64,000 nt of DNA, taken from assembly GCA_025603075.1 (NCBI GenBank), contig MU626373.1:2481-66480 (forward strand). Reading direction: 5' to 3'. Position 1 is the first letter of the stretch. Each line of letters begins with the position of its first letter. A model generated the notes under the pieces. That model saw only the letters and a list, made by a program, of their open reading frames with translations. It did not search any database and was not told where the DNA came from. This DNA is from Neoconidiobolus thromboides FSU 785 (lineage: Eukaryota; Fungi; Entomophthoromycota). The position numbers and the translations under genes were made by a program. Positions 50,200 to 63,103 of this stretch are shown piece after piece.

Positions 50200-53100
50200 T
50201 TAATATTAGATAAATATATACAGTTTCCAATTTATGAAATTATACCTGATCTATTACAAGTAGATTATATCATTCATACTTTAATCAATTTATCTAAATC
50301 AGAAGGTAAATCATTTATTGATGAATTTATTACTACAACTTTGTTTGATGGTCAATTTCCAATAATAATTAATAATAATATATTACCAGATACAACATAT
50401 TTTAACTATTTTCTAGAATTAATAATATGTTTTTTAATAACGGATGTTCCATGCAATATAACACGAAAGAAACAAAAACAAAATTTGAGTTTATATTGTT
50501 CTATTTCACAATTGTTATTATTATGGTTACCATATACTAAAGATAAAATAGAATATCATAAATCAAATCAAATTATTTATAATGAACTATTAGATATTAT
50601 TACATTAAGATTAGAATATTGGATCATTAAACAAGAAATTATTGTACAAATTGAATATTTGTCATTATTTCTATGGCTAATTAAAGAAAATTCAACTATT
50701 TATAAAAAATTAGATAATAATAAATTACAATATAAAATTGATAACTGTTTATCAAATGGATATTATCCAATAATAATGAATGTGGAGGAAAGTAATAATA
50801 ATAATAATAACAATAATAATAATAATAATAAGGGAACAATATATTTAAAATCATTATTAATTTTAGTAATGCAACAAAAAGACAGTAATAAAATAATATT
50901 AAATTGGTTTGAAATATTTTTATTATCAATCCCTTTATTAAATAGTATAGAATCCTTTCAATTAATTATTGAACCAGTATTGAATTGTGCCCAATTACAA
51001 ATTCAATATATAAATTATAACAGTATTGAAATTACAATTGAATTTTTAAATCATTGTTATTCCAAATTAGCTAATTGTTTAGGTGTTAAGAAATGGATTA
51101 ATTTATCAACAACAAAAAATAAAAAATATTCAACATTTGATCGATTAATTAATTCAAATAATAACCAATTAATTAAATTTGATCAACAAATACTGAATTG
51201 TGTTATTGAACGATTACCTAAATTTATTGTAGATTTAATAGAATGTTATTTTGTATTAAACGAAAAAAATAAGAATAAGAACGAAAACAAAAATGAAAAC
51301 TGTAATTGTAACTATTCTAAAGATAAAATACAATATCAAATTATTAATTGTTTGGAAAACTTATCGAGTTTATTTTATAAAGATTTTTTTATTGCATTTG
51401 TACAGGCTTGGCAATTATTAGATAATGATAGTAATTGGAAGGTAAATTATAAAAATAAGAAAAGTAACTGATAATAAGAAATTAATTGTCAATTTTTTTA
51501 TTATAGGAAGAAAATAAGAAAAATGAAAAACAAAAAGAACTATTGAATTTACTATTTAAATCAACCAGCTTTTCTTTATCTTCATTCTTTTTTGAATGGC
51601 TACAATTAGCTAGAAAAAAAGTACAGGAAGCTTCAGTTAATAGGAGTTATAAAGTAAAAGAAAATGAAGGAAAAATTTGGTAAGATTTTTGATTAAGTAT
51701 AGTAATTCTATTAATTATTAACTATTTTATTTTAATTAGTTCTGATTTAACAATCTTAAAATTTTTGGATGATTTTTTGTTATCGTTTCCAATTAATAGA
51801 GATAATACCTTGGCATCTATGTGGTCTATATTTATTACTTTCTATAAAGATGTATTATATTCTATTAATTCCCATAAATATTTATTATATCCTTTATTAA
51901 GGTAAAATTATCTCATTATCAATATATAAAATAATGTTTGTTAATTATTAATTCTAGCTTATTTATTCAATTTTGTAAACACTCAGGTACAATTGTAGAT
52001 ATTCAAGATAAAAAATTAAAAAAAGAAATTCAAGTAAGTTTAATTTTTGTATTATAAATCATTATAATTATGATTTAATATGTTTTTAGGAAACATTTCA
52101 AAAATTAATAGATTTAGTTATTACAATAACAAGTAAAGCTAATGAACAATCCTCATGGTTAGGGTTAGCTAGTTCAGCCAGTGAAGATCATTTAGTATTG
52201 TTTGATGGTATACCTAATCTTTATTATAATAATACTCAAATGAAACCAGAGATATTAAAACAAATTGAAGAAAATAATATAAGAATAGAAACCTTAAATT
52301 TGTATCAAATATTATCATTTTTTGATCAAAATTTAATGGAAAATATTCAACTATATTTGTATGATAATGATAAAGTATTAAATTTTTTTAACAATTTAAT
52401 GTATTATTTTGTTACCCCAAATTTAAAAGACAATAACTTTTGTTATACTATGGTACTTAAATTGATGTGTAAAATGAGTCAATTAGATTTTGCATATAAA
52501 AGCTGGAAAAGAGAAGGTTGGGAAAAGTTTTTGGATTTGAGTTTTTTTAATCAGAATAAGGAAAATATAAGTTATTGGTTGAAATTAATTAAAGTAATAG
52601 TTAAAAATGAAGGGGACAAGATTCATGAAATTATAGGTAAGTTTATAAAATTAAAAAAAATTGTAGTATATTGCTTATTAGTGGAATATTTTTATAGGTC
52701 GTATTTCTTCTACACCTTCTAATTTATTTAGTAATCGAGACTTTGAAATTCAAACCTCAGCAATGATGTTAAGAAGATTAGCATTTATTATATTTTGTGG
52801 GGAAATCGATGAGCACTTAATTGCTTTACCAACAATTCAAGAAAAATTAGTAGAATTGATCAAAAGCTCCTCACCCGATTCAATAGCTAGTGAGGTATTT
52901 TTATGTTTACGAGTGATGTTGTGTCGATATTCCGCTCATTTATTGAGTAGCTTTTGGCCCATTATAATAACGGAATTAATACCAATTTATCAAAGTATTA
53001 AATTATATAGTATACAAACACAATCTAAACCAGCAATTACAAACATCACATTGGAAGAAGAACAAAAAGCGAACTTTATTTTATCTACGTTAAAGTTTTT

Positions 53101-53586
53101 AGATACATTATTTACATTACAAATTGAAGAATTTCAAATGTACCAATGGATTTTTATTAATGAAACATTAGATTTTATTTCAGCAAGCAAAACAACAAAT
53201 TCTTCCCTTTTAGATAAACTAGGTAAAAATCCATTGACTAAACAGATATTGGTAAATGTTTTTATTTATATTATAATAGAATGATACTAACTAGCAATAA
53301 TAATTAATAGAATGACTCTGATTATTGTAATAAGACAATAAGTAAAAGAAAACCAAACTTAAAAATGAAAAAAATTGAACATTTGAATCAATTAGAACCT
53401 TTTTTTAATCAAATTAGTGCCAAGACGTTTACAAATACATTGAATTTATTACAACCAGATGTTGAAGAAGTGGAGTTTATTTTGTTAAATGATTTTATCA
53501 TACATGATAATTTAGAATTGAATGATAGAACCGAAAATGATAGGAATGATAGTCGTGATGGTAATGAAATCGAAAAGGAAGGTTAA
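47161..53586 (+). CDS. DOP1: Dopey/DOP1 Golgi-endosome trafficking protein
   Basis: Multi-exon frame is continuous on hand-splicing. Dopey_N motifs FESVSEWADVSAFL, LAQCLNPALPTGVHQKAL, GLFPF, LLPGIEEE and RDMSLNRRVYAWLLG; C-terminal MLRRLAFIIF...LPTIQEKLVE...EVFLCLRVMLCR...WPIIITEL. Confidence 0.92.
50137..50199 (+). repeat. (AAT)21 perfect coding microsatellite (poly-Asn)
   Basis: Read directly from the sequence, in frame within the large DOP1 exon. Confidence 0.95.
50794..50829 (+). repeat. (AAY)12 coding microsatellite (poly-Asn)
   Basis: AAT repeat with one AAC interruption, in frame in DOP1. Confidence 0.9.
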
Positions 53587-53667
53587 TGTAGAGATAAGAA
53601 ATCAGAAGTAGATGTGTTGAATATATACATATATATATAATAAATATAAATTAAATAAATAGTATAG

Positions 53668-53670
<3 letters not shown>

Positions 53671-53713
<43 letters not shown>
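53671..53713. repeat. (TAT)~14 microsatellite
   Basis: Read directly; lies between the convergent stops of DOP1 and KXD1. Confidence 0.9.
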
Positions 53714-53725
53714 TAAATGCTTTTT

Positions 53726-54328
53726 TTAATCATCTTCTACCTCAATATCGGGATATTCTAATTGAATTTGCTTTAATATACTTGGATGTTGACTTGCTAA
53801 CCGAGATTTTATTGTTCTAATTTTATTTAGAAATTCAATTCAATTAATAAAATGAAATTAATAGAATAATTTTGTTTACCTTATCCTTTTAAAAATCAAC
53901 TGTAGTTCAGATTGAAACTTTTGAATTTTTAAAGTATGATGATCAAATTTGTTTGATAAGTTATAATATTTTTGATTAGCTAATTCATGAAATTGTTTGC
54001 TTTCAATAATGATATCGCGTAATTGATGAATACTAAACAAACCAAATATTAACAATTAATAAATTCATTTATAAAGTTTAAAAATAAAAACTTACTTTTC
54101 TTCTTGCTTTTCATTAATTGAATTTAAATCCTCATCATCAACTATATTTTCTAATGGGGAAGATAAGCTTTTTAAAGAGGTGTCTAATCTTAATCCACTA
54201 GTTGAATTCGTTTTTAAATTAATAAATGGTGGATTAGAACTTGACGCTCTTGAATGGGTAGAGCCAGGTGTATTAGGAGTGGAATTAAAATTACTTAATG
54301 AAGGTCTTAATGGAGAGTTGGAATCCAT
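53726..54328 (-). CDS. KXD1: KxDL-domain protein (BLOC-1/BORC subunit Kxd1-like)
   Basis: Three exons: S/P-rich N-terminus, then ...LSNKFDHHTLKIQKFQSELQLIFKRIRTIKSRLASQHP, matching the F..HT..L..MKxDL..IF.RIR..K.kL...yP pattern. The KxDL motif itself is degenerate (QSEL). Confidence 0.75.
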
Positions 54329-54669
54329 TGATAAACTTGAAGTTTTAAGAAATTGAATTATAATTAATCAAATCTAAAAAATGAATAATCAATTCAATTT
54401 GGTGGCTCTTTTTTTGAAAGCTATTTTAAAATATCTCTTTTTTGATTGGTTGATATGTTGAGGAAGAATGGAGTTGACGTGAATATAGTAATATTCTCTT
54501 CAAAAGTAACAAGATAATAATAGTATTAAGCAGAATCAATAAATCAACGAAAATAAGTAAACTAATTGAAATCACAATTAGTTTATTATAATATATTAAA
54601 TAAAGAGATTCAAAACTTAAAACAGATTATAATATTTTATTTTATTTTTATAAAAACTATTTCAATAAT

Positions 54670-55405
54670 TTAAGCTGGACTTTGCATACCAACTACTCGA
54701 TCTAACAACTAATAAAAGAAATCAATTAATTAATTAATAATAAAATTTCAAAAAGTTACTCTAGCAACAAAAGGAAAATTAAGTAGTGTACCAACAAAAG
54801 GAATAGATCTTAAAAATCTCAATATAATTGGAAAGAAATCACTAAAAATAAATAACATTAATATAAACATTATCATTTTAAAAAAACAACTAAAAATAGC
54901 ATGTTAATAAAGCAACTTACCCGAATAAATTAATAAAACCAACTACTTCAATCATCAAGCCAATAACTCGCCATTTTAAAAAGACCATTATTAATCCAAT
55001 ACAAAAACATAATGTACCTCGCCACTTTTTCGTTTGGAAACAAAATTCCATTGATTTTTGAGGACCGATGACTAACACTCCGCCAACAACAAAGAGGATC
55101 TATTTAATGAAAAGATTTTAATTAATTAATTTAATAAGAAGAAATAATATTAAATATAGAAAATAAAATGAGCAATGAGATAATCAAGTAAATTATTAAT
55201 AATTATGAGCTTAAATAAATAATACTTACATTTCCCATAGCTATTAAAGCGGCATCAAATAATAATAAAATACCCAAAAAGATAAAGAATAAACCAAAGG
55301 ATAGAAGGCCAACCCCAATTTCTAATTTGATTAAATAAAAAATCAATTACGTATACTAACAATAAAAGCTGTTTGAAGTTTACTTTGTGTTTCTGATAAC
55401 CACAT
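54670..55405 (-). CDS. GOT1: Golgi transport protein Got1
   Basis: Five exons: MWLSETQKIGVGLLSFGLFFIFLGILLLFDAALIAMGNILF...KWRGTLCF...GFINLFGDFFP..LRFLRSIPFVG. Confidence 0.93.
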
Positions 55406-55802
55406 TGTTACAAAAGAAGAATAAGTATTCAGTAATTAAATGAATTAAACAAGCAATGCAAAATGAGATATTGATTATTGAAAGATTGCAAACAATTAAA
55501 ATTGTGATTCAATTAAATTATTGGAGATTTTGATTGGTTCAATTGGAATTTAATGATTCCAATTATTTTATTAATAATTTTTTAGCTATATAAAATTAGT
55601 AAGTTGTTTTATTTCTTTGTAAAAGCTCCATTAAATGTTTAATATTTAAACAAAAAATAGTTGAATTTAAATTATTCTATATATTTATATTATATAAAAG
55701 TATAAAGTGTTATTATTTACAAAGAAACAAAATAAAGTAAAGTAAAAGGCATTTAGTAGATTTTAACTTATATTTATAAAGTAACGGATAAATTTGTGTA
55801 TA

Positions 55803-55880
55803 TGAAGATGTATTTTTGTGTTTAATAGACACTTCATTTAATGTTACTTAACACTTGATGATTAATAATATGTCATCCCA
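55803..55880 (+). mobile_element. Short element bounded by the MITE TIRs with a different interior
   Basis: TA|TGAAGATGTATTTTTGTGTTTAA...TGTCATCCCA; 78 bp, lacking the AGCGCT core. Confidence 0.45.
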
Positions 55881-56479
55881 ATAATTCTTGTTATTTAACC
55901 AATTTATATTATTAATTTCATAACTTCAATAACAAAATTTGAAGTATACTGAATTAATATAGTATTTAGTATCGAATATTATTTAACATTTGATCTTCAT
56001 TATTCTATTAAAATTATAGGAAGGAACAATAGTTATTATTAAGCGTTTATTTACCTTATGATTTGATTTAATGGCCCCAGTTTATGCTTTAAAAATATTA
56101 ACCGTTGATTATCAAATAATATTTATAGTTGAAGATATATTTTTTTTATTAAATTCTAGTTTTGTTTCTATTTTATATTAAAATCATTAAAATAAACTTT
56201 GAAGAGTAAGGAGGATGTACATAACTTATTATAAGTAGTAGATAGTAAATAAAAATATAAACATATTAGTTTAGATTTTTCTATTTCATTTTAAGAATTG
56301 GTAATCGGATTAATCAATAAATTATTCATCTTTTTTAAAGGAACAACGGATACTTATTCTTTTGTGATGCACCAAAGTAAAGTTAAAGGGCCTTTAAAAA
56401 AAGATATAAATAGTTCAAGTAAAGAAAAGAAACATATAAGCATAATATTTGTCTTACTATTGTATATATTCTATTCCAA

Positions 56480-57454
56480 ATGGCCATTAAAGATTTGTAT
56501 GAAAGGATCATGTCCACAACAAGACTTAGAAGAATCTTTCTCACCTTTATAGGTGTTTGTATTTGGTGTATCATCGTGATTCCAGTTGTTATAAAAATTC
56601 ATGATCCAGAATTAAGAGAAGTCAAAAATTCATTACCTGACTATGTACCTGAAGGATATACGCTTTTAGAAGATGAACTTAAAGACAAAAAGGCATTTAG
56701 TGGTGTTGCGTTGTTTCTTTCATTTCAATCTGTAGAAGCACCAGCTCGTAAAATTAATTTACTTGCTAAATTTAAAATGACTGGGGAAGACTATGTAGAT
56801 CAGTTCTCTAACTCGAATCAAAATGTTACTTGTAATTTATTATATGGGAAACAAACAATTATCAAGGGACAACCTATCAATAGCGTCAGTTTGACTATAC
56901 CAATTATTTATGGAACTATTCGTGATTATCCACTGGAACAATATTATGCTTTATTGACGGCTATTTGTTTAGACTCTAAGAAGAAATCTATTCCATTAAG
57001 TATCTTTGTGGATAAAAGTTTAGTAAGTCATACACCAGAGATACAAGCGGAATTAATTAAAAATGGCAATAATAAAGAGAATTTCCTTGGTACTTATGAT
57101 GATTTAGATGCTATAGCCATTGCAATTGAATTAGCTACACCTAGTTCTAGTAAAGCATTTTCATTTTTCTTAATGGCCGTTATGTGGGGATTAGCTATCC
57201 CATATGGAATCATCACCTATGATTATGTTATATCAAGACGTGAAGTACCTCCTCCTTTAATAGCTGTTGGTGTTTCTATTCTTTTTGCTTTACCAAGTAT
57301 TAGAAATTCTCAACCTGGTTCTCCAGTTATGGGTTGTCTTGCAGATTATATTGCTTTCTTTTGGTGTATTGGTATCATTGCTGTTTGCATTATGTTCAAC
57401 TTATTCTCATACGCCTTAAGATGGAGAAAACCAGTTTCAGATTTAACTAAATAA
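56480..57454 (+). CDS. DUF4436-family membrane protein, paralog 2
   Basis: Intronless 324 aa, colinear with 23073-24044. Contains GTIRDYPLEQY and SILFALPSIRNSQPGSPVMGCLADY. Confidence 0.8.
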   Translation: MAIKDLYERIMSTTRLRRIFLTFIGVCIWCIIVIPVVIKIHDPELREVKNSLPDYVPEGYTLLEDELKDKKAFSGVALFLSFQSVEAPARKINLLAKFKMTGEDYVDQFSNSNQNVTCNLLYGKQTIIKGQPINSVSLTIPIIYGTIRDYPLEQYYALLTAICLDSKKKSIPLSIFVDKSLVSHTPEIQAELIKNGNNKENFLGTYDDLDAIAIAIELATPSSSKAFSFFLMAVMWGLAIPYGIITYDYVISRREVPPPLIAVGVSILFALPSIRNSQPGSPVMGCLADYIAFFWCIGIIAVCIMFNLFSYALRWRKPVSDLTK

Positions 57455-58653
57455 ATAGTTAATAGTTTGATAACAATTGTACCTTGACCCCCCCAAATTT
57501 TATTGCAATGTAATTATCTTTTAAATAAAATCGATTTTAAATATAAAATAATATCAAATTAAACAAATAAATAAATTAAACATGGAATCAAAATTAGTTT
57601 TGTCTTTATAAAATGTTCTCTTCTTCAACAATGTTACAAGAATATTACCATACTTTAAATATATGAGCAATAACTTTGGTTGTATTACTTTTTCACTAAA
57701 TGGGATTCAAACTAGAGTAGGATAGTCTTTAAACTTATAGTTTATAATTTAAATTAAATGACAGAACTTTTAGATTAAGTTTGATCTATTCCTATATTCT
57801 TATTTAAATTAATATTATCACCATCCAGTACTTAATATACCCTATTTAGATTAATATCACTTAAACTATTGGCCTTTAGATTATTTTTAGGCTATTAATA
57901 CCTTATGTATATATTACTAGCAGTTCTATTTAACGTTTACTTAGTAGTGTCTTCATTTTAAAGCAGTATATGGAAAGGTTCTTGGTTTATTACTTTATCT
58001 ACTTCTTCCCATTCAATCATGATCAAAAGTAAATAAAATAATGAAATCAAAAAAGATATTCCTATACAGTTTTAATGATTCCATTGGATTCACAACCCTT
58101 TATTAAATTGTACACTTTAATAAATGATTTAGATCAAGCATTCTTATCAATTTTAGTTTATAAACTAAGTTGAATCTTATAATAAATGATAGTTAGAGCT
58201 GTAAAACATTTCAACCCTTTTATAATATAGTTTGATAAATAGTATAAGACTTAATAATTTATGCAAACAACTTCTTTATTTGATATCACCTAAGTTGTCT
58301 AAAAAACAGAAGACAAAATATTTAAACAATTTTGACGAGGGGTATGCTATTATAGTTGGTTTAATCTTTTCTTTTTAACATTAATTTTAACTTAAAATTA
58401 TGTTACTCATTATAAAAGTAGGGAATAATTTTTTGTATTTACAGAATAAGTTTATTTTAAAATCTTTATTTGATGAACAATGACATTTAGTTCTAAAAAA
58501 AACTAAGAACCCTATAAAATTCAAATTTAAATAAAACAGTTGGCAGTTTTGCCTCAAAACTTAAAAGCAAGTTTAATAAAACAACCAAAATAAGTTAAAA
58601 TGTAAGATAATTTCATAAAGTAATTAATTTATTTTAAAAGTTTAAGTTAAGAA

Positions 58654-59196
58654 TTAATGGGGAACAGTTGGTTCTGGCATTGAAACAGGTTGTGCCTCAA
58701 TATGAGATGGAGAAGATGCTGAATGTGTAATGTTTTTTTCAACCCCATTACTTCTATTGGTGAAATTTGGGATAAGCGGAGAGAATCCAAATTCAGGTGT
58801 AGTAAAATAAATTATCACTGAAGTTGCTGCGAAAGCTAATAATAAGATAAAACTGAGAATTCCATACCAAGCTATGCTGAAAGTTATCAAACTAAATAGG
58901 ATATATAATGATGCTCTACCGATTGGGTGCAAGAAAAATAAACAATATTTATGATAGAAACCTTCTAAATCCTTAAACTCATAGGCTAATAAAAACGCAG
59001 CAAAAGCACTATAACATTTATAAACTTAGTATAAAATATATTAAAAAACTTACTTGCAGTAAATACCACCAATAGCGAATACTGGATTATTGTACATCTG
59101 GGCGCTTAAAACCCAGTTATTAAAACCATGGCAGATTAAAACAAAAGCAGCAGCTAAATTTATAAGTGAAGTAGAAATCTGAAGAATTGAAGACAT
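58654..59196 (-). CDS. TVP15/COPI-associated-family protein, paralog C
   Basis: Two exons (intron 59009-59053, 45 nt): MSSILQISTSLINLAAAF...GGIYCNAFAAFLLAYEF...LFFLHPIGRASLYILFSLITFSIAWYG. Confidence 0.7.
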
Positions 59197-59707
59197 TGTA
59201 AATGTTATTTTAATAAAGCTAAAAAATAAAGTTGATTAATATTTTATTTCTCTTTTATACTTTTCAAGATTGAAATCACTCTCCCTTATTCTTAAGTTAA
59301 ACAGATTAACCTTTTACACAGCAATAGAATTAATGCGATGTACCCGTCATTCGATTAAGGTTTGTTGTACTAGTTTAAAGTTATTGGTCAAATCTTGATT
59401 TTATATTGAATTATGTTATAAAACTACATTTAAGTATATATATTGTCCAATTAAGTTATGGATATTAACAAATTTAATATAAAAAAAACTAGAATTTATA
59501 ATATAATAAAACTTAGAGATGGAGAAGATTTTTGGTAATTACCCTTTAAATGTGTGATAATTTCATTTCAAAAATAAAACGCCGTTCTTAGTATTCTAGA
59601 AAGAAAATATAATATGCGGCTTATTTTTAAGCATAATGTTGCTACAAATTACTCAAACTTATTTATTGCTTCATAATAGAAATTAAATGAAAAGTGAAAA
59701 AAGAACA

Positions 59708-59802
59708 TAGGCTGTATTTTTGTATCTAAGAATTTTATTAATTTTTCGCTTAAATAGTACTTAAAAGGTGGAAAAAGTGATGAAGCCAAAAAAATATCCT
59801 CA
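59708..59802 (+). mobile_element. MITE family copy
   Basis: ...CTGTATTTTTGTATCTAAGAATTTTA...AGTACTTAAAAGGTGGAAAAAGTGATGAAGCCAAAAAAATATCCTCA|TA. Confidence 0.78.
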
Positions 59803-60619
59803 TATATTGATTATTAGTCAATTTGCCTAGAAGTCACTATATATTAACATTAAAAAGGTAAAGGTAGAATTTGATAAGCAAATAGATTAATTCGACTATT
59901 TGCTACTGATATATATAGACAATATAAAAAGACGTTTCAACAAGAGTATAAAGTTAAAGACTAAATTGTACATGTTTGTTACTGTATGTAGGTATTTACA
60001 CCTGGTATTATGTAAATACCTAACATTTTTACAAATGTGAAATGTGTAATGGGAATTATTTGACTGCGTACAAAAAATAAGACGACTTCTAAGTGTTGAA
60101 TTTTTATTCTAAATTCTTATTTTAGAAAAAGGATTCTTTAATCATCATTTGCTTGAATATTTTATTGTTTTGAAGTGACCTAGATCAAAACCTTATTCGA
60201 AATATTGTACCAGTTTTTTACCCAATAAATTTATCAAATTGTAAATATTGTTTTGGGATAAAACAAATAGCATTGCCCATCCAGGTCAATTTAGTTAAAA
60301 AGAAAAATCTAATCTTCTAAAATATTATGCTACTCCAAAAAGTGTATAGAATTAATAAATTTGCATGTAATAATGTAAAACTTGACTAGCATTTATTTAA
60401 CCATGATATAATGTTTTCATAATCATGAAAGTAAAATAACTTATAGAAAAGTATAAATAGTGTTGATTTTATTCAATTTTAAATTAAGATCCTTGAACTC
60501 ACATTTTATTTTCTATCAATAAAATTTAGATTAATTTTAAATTTTAGACTTTGGCATTGAACCAGGCGTAGATGAATCATTCTTTGTAAAAGGGGTGTAT
60601 TTTTATTATATTAAAATAT

Positions 60620-61387
60620 TTAAATGTTTTGATCAATAAAATCTCTAACTTCAGCAATACTAGTGTAAACTCCTGGGTAGCCAACCTTGGCACATCCTTC
60701 ACCACGTGAAATAATACCTACTAAAGTTACTTTTCCTTTAGCTGTAATAAAAACTGGACCTCCAGAATCACCTTGGCATGTATCTTTGGTTCCCTCAACA
60801 TAACCAGCACAAAATTCTGAACTATCTAATTGTTTATAAATTGATTTACATTTATCAAAATTAAAAACTGGCAATTTAGTTTCGAGTAAGACGGGAGAGT
60901 AAGCACCACTTTTGGCGATTGTACCCCATCCAGCTACCTTCAATAACTGGTTTTCTTTTTTATAAATCCCTTCAGTATCAAACTTCAACACTGAAAAATC
61001 AATATCTAATTTCTTGCTAGGTTCTACCTTCCAAATAGAGATATCAAAACCGGTTGGTGAGTCAATATATTTTGGATGCATTGTTCTGTTAACTACTTTG
61101 TATTCAGCACCATTTTCTTCGGCCGAGGGTAATGTAATATTATGACGATGAACCAAAACTGTCCAATTTTCATTTTCAGCAATCATACAATGAGCAGCAG
61201 TTATAACAGTATTACTATTGATTAAAGTACCACCACATACAATCCAAGTTGATAATTTAAGAGTCACTAACCATGGGTAGCTAAACTTTGGAGATACTTC
61301 AGTACCGCCAACAATCCTTGGAGTTACTTGTAAGTTAGAAGCTTGAATTAAACCTAAAAATGCAATCAAGATACTATAAATCATCAT
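60620..61387 (-). CDS. Secreted trypsin-like serine protease (S1A)
   Basis: Intronless. Signal peptide, propeptide ending R|IVGG, catalytic triad TAAHC / FDISI / GDSGGP, Asp189 (KDTCQ), and six Cys forming the three microbial-trypsin disulfides. Confidence 0.95.
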   Translation of the reverse strand: MMIYSILIAFLGLIQASNLQVTPRIVGGTEVSPKFSYPWLVTLKLSTWIVCGGTLINSNTVITAAHCMIAENENWTVLVHRHNITLPSAEENGAEYKVVNRTMHPKYIDSPTGFDISIWKVEPSKKLDIDFSVLKFDTEGIYKKENQLLKVAGWGTIAKSGAYSPVLLETKLPVFNFDKCKSIYKQLDSSEFCAGYVEGTKDTCQGDSGGPVFITAKGKVTLVGIISRGEGCAKVGYPGVYTSIAEVRDFIDQNI

Positions 61388-62682
61388 TTTAATAAAGAAA
61401 TTTGAAAAATAATCGTTGTTTTTATACTATTTTACAGCCTTAAGGTGTACTTTTATTTTTTAAGTGATGTTTTTTATTATTGAACAAATGTAGAAATATT
61501 AATAAATTAGTTTATTGGCTGGATTTTTAAGAAGAGAGGGGAAATAGTGAATTTCATTTGCAATTATTTTTAAAAAGGAATCATTTTTATATAATTTACA
61601 TCCTTGCACAAGAGTGTAATAATAATTCATTCTTTAAAAAAATCCCTCTGTATGATGAAAATAACACTTTCCCTTCGCGGTAATGAAAGAAAAATCCATT
61701 TTATAAATAATAATCAAAGTATAAAGAATAAACGATCAGAAAATATACATATTATATTCTCCTAATAACTATAGTAAATTTTTAATTAAAATTTTATTAA
61801 AAGAGGTTTACATTTGTTAGATTATATACAATTAAAAAACGTATTAAGCATATTTAAGTTGAAAAACTATTTCATTGTACAGAATCCCTACAGGGATATA
61901 GATTTATAATTCTTTATAAAGTATAAAGCTTAATCATACAATTTTTAATTTTTGAGCCTAATTTTGATTACTTTTTACTTCTACCTCCACTTGCATTTTT
62001 TGTATGTAAAAAGCTTGATAAAACCACCTAATACCCAGAGTACATTGAATAACATAATCTTTTTGATTTGTGGATATTCATTACCTAAAAGCAATATAAA
62101 AATCAATATCAAGGTCAATCTCCTATAGAGATTGACTTTTAGTACTCATTTCGTGATACTAAATCTATCAGTATCCTTAAATATAGTTTATATTAGTACA
62201 TTATTAACATTTCATATCAAAATGTTAATAATTTAAATTTTATGTTGATAGTTATTCAGGTATAAATCACATATTAGTTTTGTACTGGATAGAATGTTTA
62301 TCCGTTTTTTCTGCACACAGTGATTATGATTAAACTTTATGATATGTATATTTTTGTCTTTATTTAATATAATAGCCTATTTTTTGTTTTAATTAGTATA
62401 GCTATTAATTGATTTTTTTGAAGTATAAATACTAATAATTAAACAAATCAAGCTAAATAATTGATAAAAAATTATTCTATTAAAAAATACTTTTATTAAT
62501 ACTAATTAAACTTTCGACTTTAAGTTATTATTGGTAGTTTTTAATATTTTTATTTTAATTATTATAATCAACAATAAGTACTTTGCTTTTATTTAAAATA
62601 TAATGTTTTATTATGTAATCAAATCTTAAACTTTTTTTATATCCTCAGCTTTTTATTATAAAATATCTTTTACTTTTTTATA

Positions 62683-62782
62683 TGAGGATATTTGTTTTGG
62701 TTTCACTACTTTTTCTATTTTTAAGCGCTGTTTGAGTAGAAAGGTCGTTAGTAAAATTCTTGAACAAAAAAATACATTCACA
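62683..62782 (-). mobile_element. MITE family copy
   Basis: TA|TGAGGATATTTGTTTTGG...AGCGCTGTTTGAG...AATACATTCACA|TA. Confidence 0.8.
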
Positions 62783-63103
62783 TATTTCTTAAATTTAACT
62801 TTTAACTTTTTATAGCTAATATAAAGCAATCAGGTTTTAGGCACCAAAATTTATAATTTTTAAAATGTTTATTATAATTATATAAATTATTTTTTTTATT
62901 TTTTAAATAACTAAATTATTTATATAATTAATAATTAATTTATTAACTGCATTGATTTTAAATAGCTTTGTTTTTATTATATTAATATAATAATAATATA
63001 TATAGTTTATTATAAAATATTAACTTAATATGTAATACATTTTAGCATGTCTCATGTATCCCCCTGTATTTTAATTTGAAAAGCAGCCTTTTACTTCAAG
63101 AGT

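Noticed and set aside
58030-58068. Possible MITE end remnants at ~58030-58068 and ~34419-34445
   Set aside because: Only short partial matches to one end; not counted among the 18 copies.
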